DNA of 64,000 nucleotides from Thermodesulfobacteriota bacterium (GTDB taxonomy: Bacteria; Desulfobacterota; Desulfobacteria; Desulfobacterales; SURF-7): assembly GCA_049320885.1 (NCBI GenBank), contig JBMORA010000038.1, positions 34,233-98,232 of the forward strand, given 5' to 3'. The translations under genes and the position numbers were made by a program. Positions within the stretch are counted from its first letter, which is position 1. Each line of letters begins with the position of its first letter. This document shows positions 54,999 through 64,000 of this stretch, one piece after another. Below the pieces are notes generated by a model that ran no database searches, was not told the DNA's origin, and worked only from the letters and a program-made list of their open reading frames with translations.

Positions 54999-55730
54999 AT
55001 GAACCTGCTGGTCCTCGGCGCCAATTCGGATTTGGCGTTCGCCCTGGCGAAACAATTCGCCGAGGCGGAAAATGCCGATCTGTGGCTCGCCTCCCGGGAT
55101 GTCGCCAGGCTGGAAGCCAAAGCCCGCGATATCAACCTGCGTTATGGAGTCAAGACCCAGGCCTGTTTTTTCGATGCCGAAACCCCTGAAGCCCATGCGG
55201 AATTTTATGCGCAGCTCGATCCGAAACCGGATGCGGTGATCGTCGCTTTTGGTTTGCTGGGAGATCAGGCGGCGGCCCAGAAGGACTTCGGCGCGGCCCG
55301 TCGGGTATTCGAGGCCAACTGCCTCGGTGCCATCAGCATCCTCGAGATCATTGCCGCGGATTTTGAACGGCGCGGACATGGCGGGATCATCGGAATCAGT
55401 TCCGTCGCCGGGGAACGGGGCCGGCAGAGCAACTATATGTACGGTGCGGCCAAAGGTGCCCTGACGATTTATCTCAGCGGATTGCGCAACCGTCTGGCTC
55501 GTCGCGGAGTCTTCGTGATGACGGTCCTGCCCGGGTTCATGCACACCAAAATGACGGAAGGCATGGCGCTTCCTGAAAAATTGACCGCCTTGCCCGAGGA
55601 GGCGGCCGTGGATATTCATCGCGCGTATCGGAACAGGCGGGACGTGGTGTATACCCGCTGGTTCTGGCGCTGGATCATGTTGGTCATCCGCCTGATCCCG
55701 GAAACGATGTTCAAACGTCTGCGGCTCTGA
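54999..55730 (+). CDS. DprE2-like short-chain dehydrogenase
   Basis: VLGANSDLA, SSVAGERGRQSNYMYGAAKG, PGFMHTKMT; follows dprE1-like gene. Confidence 0.85.
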   Translation: MNLLVLGANSDLAFALAKQFAEAENADLWLASRDVARLEAKARDINLRYGVKTQACFFDAETPEAHAEFYAQLDPKPDAVIVAFGLLGDQAAAQKDFGAARRVFEANCLGAISILEIIAADFERRGHGGIIGISSVAGERGRQSNYMYGAAKGALTIYLSGLRNRLARRGVFVMTVLPGFMHTKMTEGMALPEKLTALPEEAAVDIHRAYRNRRDVVYTRWFWRWIMLVIRLIPETMFKRLRL

Positions 55731-55776
55731 TCGTCGGGGCTTCGGGAATGACGCCGCAACAGAAAACGGAATCGGT

Positions 55777-56931
55777 ATGCTGATCGACCGCTATATCGTT
55801 ATGGAGATGATCCCTCCTTTTGTGATCAACCTGGGGTTTTTTACCTTCATTTTTATAATGACCCGCATGCTGGAGATCACCAACCTGATCATCAATTTCC
55901 GGATCGATCTGTCCGCCGTGATCTGGTTGCTAATTTTCTCCATGCCGTATTTTCTGACCTTCGTCATCCCCATGTCCGTCATGATGGCCGTGCTGCTGAC
56001 CTTCCTGCGCATGTCGGGAGATAACGAAATAACGGCGTTGCGCTCCGCGGGAATCAGCCTTTACCGGCTCCTGCCACCGGTTTTCTTTTTTTGTCTGCTG
56101 GGCACGCTGCTCACCGGCTTTTTTTCGATGGCCGGCATGCCTTGGGGTAAACGGTCTTTCCATAGGCTGGCCATTGAGTTGGCGGAAAAAAATATCAATG
56201 CCGGCCTTAAGGAAAGGACATTCAACGACAGTTTTGACGGCATCATGCTGTACGTGAACAAGATCGATTCTGGAAGCAAGGAACTGATCGATGTCTTTGT
56301 CGAGCAGAACCAAGCGGGCAATATCAAGACCACCATCGTGGCGCCCCGGGGGGTTATTTTCAGTGAACCGGACAAACACCTTTTTCATTTGCGGCTTTAT
56401 AACGGCTCCATCAACCAGGTGAACATCAAAAGCCGGACCGCCAATACCGTGGCTTTTGATCTGTATGAAATCAATCTGGATTTGAAAGAGACCATGCGTT
56501 CGGCCATCAGTTCGAGAAAAGAGCTGGAGGAAATGACTCCGGCGGAGTTGAAACGGTTCGTGGATACGGTCCCTGAAACAGATGACCGCTACTACACCGC
56601 TCTGCTACGGTATCATGAAAAGCATTCCATTCCCGTCGCCTGCTTCGCATTGGGGTTGCTGGCGGTGCCCCTGGGGCTTCAGTCCCGATCGGATCGACGT
56701 TCTCTTGGAGTTGTTACCGGACTGGTTTTGTTTTTGGGATATTATATCCTGTTGTCGGTGGGCTGGTCCTTCGGTGAATCCGGCGGCTATCCTCCCCTGG
56801 TCGGCATGTGGATACCGAATGCGGTGACGGGCGGTATCGGCGCCTACCTGTTATGGCGCGCCGCAACAGACAATCCCCTGCGGTTCGACGCGGCCTATAC
56901 GATCAAACAATGGTTCCGGCGATTCAAATGA
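55777..56931 (+). CDS. lptF: LPS export permease LptF
   Basis: LIDRYI, RMSGDNEITALRSAGISL, VPLG...R, W.PN. Confidence 0.9.
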   Translation: MLIDRYIVMEMIPPFVINLGFFTFIFIMTRMLEITNLIINFRIDLSAVIWLLIFSMPYFLTFVIPMSVMMAVLLTFLRMSGDNEITALRSAGISLYRLLPPVFFFCLLGTLLTGFFSMAGMPWGKRSFHRLAIELAEKNINAGLKERTFNDSFDGIMLYVNKIDSGSKELIDVFVEQNQAGNIKTTIVAPRGVIFSEPDKHLFHLRLYNGSINQVNIKSRTANTVAFDLYEINLDLKETMRSAISSRKELEEMTPAELKRFVDTVPETDDRYYTALLRYHEKHSIPVACFALGLLAVPLGLQSRSDRRSLGVVTGLVLFLGYYILLSVGWSFGESGGYPPLVGMWIPNAVTGGIGAYLLWRAATDNPLRFDAAYTIKQWFRRFK

Positions 56932-58004
56932 CCCTGCTGCACGGCTATATCACCCGCGAGGTTTTGAAGTTTTTTTTTCTGGTGCTGAGCCTTGTCATCG
57001 GTATTTTTGTCGCGGTGGACTACCTTGGGACAATGGATGAATTCATCCAGGCCGAAATCTCCCTGCATCGGGCGCTTCTGTATGTCGTGCTGAAAATACC
57101 CTTCGTCGCCGGTCAGTTCATACCCGTGGCGTTGTTGCTCTCCGTATTGATTGTTTTCGGACTGATGAGCCGGAACAACGAAATCACGGCCCTGAAAAGC
57201 AGCGGCATCAGCATCTATTGCCTTGTCCGTCCGGTCATGGCGGTGTCCATCGGCCTGGCTTTCTTTCTGGTGATCCTGTCCGAATTCGCGGCGCCCATCA
57301 GCATGCAGAAATCAAATGAAATCAAACTGTTTGAGATTCGAAAGGAGAACCTCGCCAGTTACAAGAAAGAAAATATCTGGATGAAGGACAATCGCCAGAT
57401 CATTCATGTCCCTCACTTTCAGCCCGACGAAAACAGCGTATTCGAAGTCACGATATACATTTTCGATGACAATTACCGTCTGACTGGGAGAGTGGATGCG
57501 GAAAAAGGTGTGTACCGGGACAGGCGGTGGCTGCTGTACGGCATTATGGAGCAAACCCTGGACAAGGCAACGGGGAACTATCGGATATCGTTTCATGAAC
57601 AAAAAGTGGTCCCCTTACCGTTCCAGCCCGAGGATCTGCAGGCGGTGATGAAAAAATCGGCGGAGATGAATTTTATGGAACTATCTGAATATATAAATAA
57701 AGTGGAAGAAGAGGGCTATGACGCCACTTCCTATCGGGTGGACCTGTACGCCAAGACGGCTTTTCCGTTTGTCTGCATCATCATGGGGCTGATCGGCACC
57801 GGCCTGTCGGCAAGGGGCAAACTTGACAAAGGGCTGGCGGTGGGTATTTCCTATGGGATCGGTATTGCTTTTTTTTATTGGGTGTTCTACAATTTTTGTC
57901 TATCACTGGGGTATGGGGAACTGCTTCCGCCGTTTATCGCCGCTTGGATTACCAATATGATTTTTATGAGTTTCGGTGCTGTTTACATCCTGAACGCCGA
58001 ATAG
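56928..58004 (+). CDS. lptG: LPS export permease LptG
   Basis: GYITRE, MSRNNEITALKSSGIS, LPPFIAAWITN. Confidence 0.9.
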   Translation: MTLLHGYITREVLKFFFLVLSLVIGIFVAVDYLGTMDEFIQAEISLHRALLYVVLKIPFVAGQFIPVALLLSVLIVFGLMSRNNEITALKSSGISIYCLVRPVMAVSIGLAFFLVILSEFAAPISMQKSNEIKLFEIRKENLASYKKENIWMKDNRQIIHVPHFQPDENSVFEVTIYIFDDNYRLTGRVDAEKGVYRDRRWLLYGIMEQTLDKATGNYRISFHEQKVVPLPFQPEDLQAVMKKSAEMNFMELSEYINKVEEEGYDATSYRVDLYAKTAFPFVCIIMGLIGTGLSARGKLDKGLAVGISYGIGIAFFYWVFYNFCLSLGYGELLPPFIAAWITNMIFMSFGAVYILNAE

Positions 58005-58187
58005 GACGGAAACTCCGGGGTTGGTTTTTAGTAGACATTTTTCAGACCGTTGGTTATAACGGATACCAGATAATAAGCGGCCGGTTGTCATCATGACCGG
58101 CGGTCATTCCCACCCATATGAATGGAATTAACGCAACTCACCCTTCGCCCGTCTCCGTATCGGTGATGCCGGGTGACTCGCCGGCAG

Positions 58188-58203
58188 GGTGATCGTTGTC
58201 ACA
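58188..58203. promoter_or_regulatory. CRP/Clr-like binding site
   Basis: GGTGA-N6-TCACA, 9/10 match to TGTGA-N6-TCACA. Confidence 0.45.
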
Positions 58204-58235
58204 AGCCGCTGTTACTACAGGACCATAACGGAAGG

Positions 58236-58726
58236 ATGGCGCATTTGGAACGGAACAGGTTGCAAGAGTCGCCGGAACGGTGCAAGTCCCGCATATTCTT
58301 CACTGTCATGGCATTGATTTTTTTGATGTCGAACTGGAGTGGATCGGCGACGGCCGAACCGGGAGAGGATGCGGGCGTCCTGGTGGTCGGCAATAAGACC
58401 CTGCCCTTCGATACCTTGTCGCGGGTAGATCTGGTTGATTTCTTCAAGCAGACAAAAACCATGTGGAATCAGGAAATCGCCATCAACATAACCCTGCTCC
58501 AGGAAGGCGAGACCCATCGGCGATTCATTTGGCAATACTTCCGCAAGACGCCATCCCAATACAACCGGTACTGGAAAAAGCTCGTCTTTTCCGGCAAGGG
58601 CCGGACACCGATGATGTTTCGAACCGAGAAGGACTTGATGGCCCATGTGGCGCTCACCCGGGGTGCCATCGGCTATATATCCGAAACCACCAAACCGGCG
58701 GGCGTGAAAATCATAAAAATAACGGA

Positions 58727-58730
<4 letters not shown>
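58236..58730 (+). CDS. Small exported phosphate-SBP-like (half PBP) protein
   Basis: Signal-like stretch; VLVVGN...LS...F...W; YWKKLVFSGKG..P; GAIGYI; start uncertain. Confidence 0.7.
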
Positions 58731-60469
<1,739 letters not shown>

Positions 60470-60496
60470 CAGGCGCTGCGGAAAGGTTGTCGCCAT

Positions 60497-62071
60497 ATGC
60501 CGAAATTGAGCCTGCTCACTCATGCCGGGGTTAAGGAATACGCCTTGTCGGCATGCAACCGGATCGGTCGCCATCCGGAGAATTCCATCCATATCGTTGA
60601 TCCCCGGATTTCCAGCCGCCATTGTGAAATCATTCTGGATGACTACGAGAAGGCTTATATCCGGGATTTGGGTTCCAGCAATGGAACCTACCTCAACCGT
60701 CGCCGGCTGCTTTCCACGGAACCGCTGGAGGACGGGGATGAAATTCTCATCGGCGGGATGCGGCTTGTTTTTCATGCCGAAACCTCCGTCCAGGCCGCCC
60801 GATTGGTTTCGGTTTCCACGGAAAAGGAAGAAAGCCATATTGCTTCCCGGGTGGCCCAATTACAGCCGGCCTCCTTCCACAAGGAGAGCGAGATTCTCGA
60901 CGAACGGATGCTGCGGGAAGATTACGAAAAACTGCGGGTGATTTATGAACTCCAGCGGGATATCGGATTCGAACTGAAGATCGACAGGATCCTGCAACGG
61001 ATTCTGGAGCGGACGCATGAATTCCTTCATTATGACCGGGGTGTCATTCTTCTGATGGATGAAACCGGCGGATTGCAGCCCCAGGCGTATAAAACCTCAA
61101 GGCCGAACAACAAAATGGTGATTTCCTCCACCCTGATCCAGCGGATTCGAACGGAAAAGGTGGGGATTCTGTCTTCGGACGCCATGTCCGACGATCGTTT
61201 TGAATACGCCCAATCCATTATGATCCAGGGGGTCCGTTCGACCATTGCGGTGCCGATCCTGCATCAAACGGAATTGCTGGGCATCATGCTGATCGATTCC
61301 CTGGTGCATGTGAATGCGTATACGGGGAAGGATTTGCATCTTCTGACAAACGTGGCCAACCAGACCGCTCAATTGATCAAGAATTCCCATCTGGCGCGCA
61401 AAATCGAACAGGACGCCGTTACTCGTGAACGATTCCAGCGCTTGCTTTCACCCAATCTTGCGGAAATGGTGGTCTCCGGTCAGTTGACCGTCGAGAAAGG
61501 CGGTGAAAACCGCAGCGCCACCGTGCTTTTTGCCGATATCCGCGGTTTTACGGGGATGAGTGAAAATATGACCGCCACGGATCTGCTGCGCATGCTGAAC
61601 GATTATTACGAGCTGATCGTGGAAGAAGTCTTTCAGCAGGAAGGGACCGTGGATAAATTCATCGGGGACGGGATCATGGTCATATGGGGAGCGCCGGTCA
61701 AACATGCGGACGACCCCATACGCGCCGTACGCGCAGCCTGCCGCATGCAGCAGCGCATGATCGAATTCAACCGGCAACGCCGATCGGAGGGGCATGCGCC
61801 GATTCAGATCGGCATCGGTGTCAACTCCGGGTCTCTGGTGGCGGGCTATATCGGGTCATCCCAGACCATGAGCTATTCCGTGGTGGGAGACGCGGTCAAC
61901 ACGGCATCCAGGCTTTGCTCAGCCGCCGCCGCCGGCCAGATTCTCATTTCCGGGGAAACCTTTCGCGAAGTGAAGGACTATTTCCGCATCAGGGAAATGC
62001 CGCTGATCCAGCTGAAAGGGAAAACGAAACCGGTCCAGGTTTACGAGGTCTTCGGAGATTCTCCGTTCTGA
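60497..62071 (+). CDS. FHA-GAF-class III adenylate cyclase
   Basis: IGR..SSRH..DLGSSNGT (FHA), GAF, FADIRGFT, DKFIGDG, GDAVNTASRL. Confidence 0.92.
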   Translation: MPKLSLLTHAGVKEYALSACNRIGRHPENSIHIVDPRISSRHCEIILDDYEKAYIRDLGSSNGTYLNRRRLLSTEPLEDGDEILIGGMRLVFHAETSVQAARLVSVSTEKEESHIASRVAQLQPASFHKESEILDERMLREDYEKLRVIYELQRDIGFELKIDRILQRILERTHEFLHYDRGVILLMDETGGLQPQAYKTSRPNNKMVISSTLIQRIRTEKVGILSSDAMSDDRFEYAQSIMIQGVRSTIAVPILHQTELLGIMLIDSLVHVNAYTGKDLHLLTNVANQTAQLIKNSHLARKIEQDAVTRERFQRLLSPNLAEMVVSGQLTVEKGGENRSATVLFADIRGFTGMSENMTATDLLRMLNDYYELIVEEVFQQEGTVDKFIGDGIMVIWGAPVKHADDPIRAVRAACRMQQRMIEFNRQRRSEGHAPIQIGIGVNSGSLVAGYIGSSQTMSYSVVGDAVNTASRLCSAAAAGQILISGETFREVKDYFRIREMPLIQLKGKTKPVQVYEVFGDSPF

Positions 62072-62505
62072 GGTGAGGCCGGAGTTTCTCCCCCACCGGC
62101 CTTCCGGTTTCGTATCCGAAGCCATTCCGAAATCTTTTGATCTTCCGTCAGAATATGTTCCTGGATCCATTTTTGCATGAGCAGATCCAGCTTACCCTTT
62201 AATTCCAACAAACTTTTTATCCCCTTAAGAATGCTGTTGATTTCCTCTACGATGGCCATGTGCTTTTTCCGATGGTCCTCCAGCTCCGGATAGCCGTTGT
62301 CGGCCATGAACTGCTCTTCATAGCTGAAATGATGGTCGACATACTGCCGCAAATGGTTCAGCAGGTACTTGAATTCCAGCGTCTCCTCCTGGGGATTTTC
62401 GAAATCGATCAGCTCGTTGGCAATGGCGAACAGGAGGCGGTGCTGGGAATCGATCTGATCGATCCCCAGGCGGCAATCCTTGGTCCACTTCATCCGTTGG
62501 CTCAT
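62041..62505 (-). CDS. Bacteriohemerythrin
   Basis: W....GIDQIDSQH, HFSYEE, YPELEDHRKKH, WIQEHILTED. Confidence 0.9.
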   Translation of the reverse strand: MSQRMKWTKDCRLGIDQIDSQHRLLFAIANELIDFENPQEETLEFKYLLNHLRQYVDHHFSYEEQFMADNGYPELEDHRKKHMAIVEEINSILKGIKSLLELKGKLDLLMQKWIQEHILTEDQKISEWLRIRNRKAGGGETPASPQNGESPKTS

Positions 62506-63035
62506 GGTCCCGATTCCTTCCCTGTCTTTATTGAAATATCCGTCTTCGGCAGGCATTCCCGCAAATATCGAAAGAGCGCCCGGGACGATTTGTTCCCTCT
62601 GCCGACCTTTGATTCCAGCATGGAATTCCGGGCGAGGCTTTCCAGTTGCTTCGGGTCGGCAAGGGGGCAATCCGCAAGGATATCCGGGATGCAGGACAGA
62701 TTACCGGATTTCAGTTCGTCGCGCCATTCTTCGATTTTATGAAATGCCTGGTTTTTATCGGCGTTACGTCTCCTGGCTTGTTTCAGGAGCCCTTGAATGG
62801 TCTCCAGCTCCATTTCCCGCATGAGCACCCCGATGTACTGCAGCTGACGCCTGCGGGCGCCATGACTACGGATGGTATGGAAGAATTGGATGGATTCCTT
62901 CAGCTCATCCGGAAAATCAAAGGATTCCAGGATCTGGCGTGGCAGGTTTAACAATTCTTCCCCGATTTTCTGCAGGTTGCGGTCGTCCTGTTTGTTTTTG
63001 GTTCTACTTTTAATAGCTGGCATGGGCTGGTTCAT
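62502..63035 (-). CDS. yjgA: Ribosome biogenesis factor DarP/YjgA (DUF615)
   Basis: KSRT..K....LQKIGEEL, RRRQLQYIGVLMR, HKIEEWRDEL, RALFRYLRE. Confidence 0.9.
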   Translation of the reverse strand: MNQPMPAIKSRTKNKQDDRNLQKIGEELLNLPRQILESFDFPDELKESIQFFHTIRSHGARRRQLQYIGVLMREMELETIQGLLKQARRRNADKNQAFHKIEEWRDELKSGNLSCIPDILADCPLADPKQLESLARNSMLESKVGRGNKSSRALFRYLRECLPKTDISIKTGKESGP

Positions 63036-63109
63036 GGAAGGGCTCCAGGGGCATCCGCGCAAGCCGTTGACCCGGACTTGCGGGAGCCGCGCTATGCGTT
63101 TGGAGTGGT

Positions 63110-63514
63110 TTACTCCGCCTCGTCCTGTCTGGAACGCGCCGGCTTGCGGAACAGGAATTTGATGATATCCTTTCGGCTGATAATGCCCACCAGTTTCCCG
63201 TCCGCAAGGATCGGCACACGGCGGAAACTGTTTTCCATCAGGCTCTTGAATATTTCGATCAGGTTGTCGCTTTCCTGGAAGGTGATAATATCGCGGGTCA
63301 TCAGATCCGCCACGGTCTTGTTCTTGCTTTGTTGCTTATACAGGAACTGGAGGATATCCTTCTCGGTAACGATCCCGATCAGACAGCCGCTCTCCGATAC
63401 CACCGGCAGTCCGGTAACGTTGTTTTCCACCAGCAGTTTTATGGCATCCCGGATATCGGTTTTTTCGTCCACGGTGATGATGTTGGTGGTCATGACATCT
63501 CTGGCGGTGAACAT
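63110..63514 (-). CDS. CBS-pair protein
   Basis: ARDVMT..TGLPVV..GIVTEKD; VADLMT..RRVPI..GIISRKD. Confidence 0.9.
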   Translation of the reverse strand: MFTARDVMTTNIITVDEKTDIRDAIKLLVENNVTGLPVVSESGCLIGIVTEKDILQFLYKQQSKNKTVADLMTRDIITFQESDNLIEIFKSLMENSFRRVPILADGKLVGIISRKDIIKFLFRKPARSRQDEAE

Positions 63515-63597
63515 GGCGCATCTCCTTTTCGATCCTTTTCCGGTTTGCCGGGGGTTCGTTCAGCGGGGGGCTCCGAAGGCGTCCGCCTGTGAATGAT

Positions 63598-63626
63598 AGT
63601 ATAATGAAATCGGTGGATTTTTGCAA
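63598..63626 (-). promoter_or_regulatory. sigma70 promoter for the CBS-yjgA-hemerythrin genes
   Basis: Minus strand TTGCAA-N17-TATACT. Confidence 0.6.
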
Positions 63627-63708
63627 GAATTCGAATTTGATCGGCAGGCCTTGGATACGCGTGAAATGGAGGCCGTGGGATTTTTTTCGGGGAAGGGAAG
63701 AAATGTCC

Positions 63709-63738
63709 TTGACAAGTAACCGCAAGAGAGGTTATTAA
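63709..63738 (+). promoter_or_regulatory. rRNA operon promoter P1
   Basis: TTGACA-N18-TATTAA. Confidence 0.6.
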
Positions 63739-63827
63739 CGGGCTCTTTTTGAGGGAAGCCGGAATGCGGTTCCTGCCGTTACAAAACGGAAAAAAGCATG
63801 ACAGGGAAGTTTGAGTGAAAAAAATGC

Positions 63828-63856
63828 TTGACAGGAGATTCGGTTTTCAGTAAATA
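63828..63856 (+). promoter_or_regulatory. rRNA operon promoter P2
   Basis: A-tract then TTGACA-N17-TAAATA. Confidence 0.7.
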
Positions 63857-63879
63857 AGCTTGTTTTTAACAATACGATT

Positions 63880-63893
63880 CGATCTTTGAAAAC
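63880..63893 (+). promoter_or_regulatory. rrn leader boxA antitermination element
   Basis: CGATCTTTGAAAAC. Confidence 0.65.
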
Positions 63894-63965
63894 TAGGTAG
63901 TGACAAAACGATTGAGTTGGGTCTCTTGTTAAACAACGATCTGCGGAAGCGGATTGTTTTCGATT

Positions 63966-64000
63966 TAATTGGAGAGTTTGATCCTGGCTCAGAATGAACG
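63966..64000 (+). rRNA. rrs: 16S rRNA, 5' end (truncated by the window edge)
   Basis: AGAGTTTGATCCTGGCTCAG (27F site) followed by AATGAACG. Confidence 0.97.

Overview
GC-rich chromosomal window from an anaerobic deltaproteobacterium, probably Desulfobacterales-like (inferred from gene content). It is mostly core and metabolic DNA, ends in the promoters, leader and first 35 nt of a 16S rRNA gene, and shows no CRISPR array, intact IS element or prophage. Left part, in order: the tail of a radical-SAM/FAD-oxidoreductase cluster, arfB, a trmO gene fused to a vapB remnant, a PilZ-SH3-M48-CHASE2 adenylate cyclase operon, a beta-oxidation pair (FadN-like protein plus thiolase), ovothiol synthase ovoA, a membrane-spanning b5/nine-CxxCH HAO-type cytochrome, and a sigma54 zraP/zraSR-like module. 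Middle: two RdgC-like genes opposite an EndoQ-UvrD fusion, a GDP-heptose operon, a 32-aa ribosomal protein bTHX missing from the ORF track, and a DegP-like protease with a GldAFG-like ABC system. Right part: a mycobacterial-type polyprenyl-phospho-arabinose pathway (HAD, UbiA, DprE1, DprE2) with two GT39 transferases next to lptFG, and a kinase-pseudokinase/FHA-GAF-cyclase operon. All calls come from motif recognition by eye; no database searches were run.
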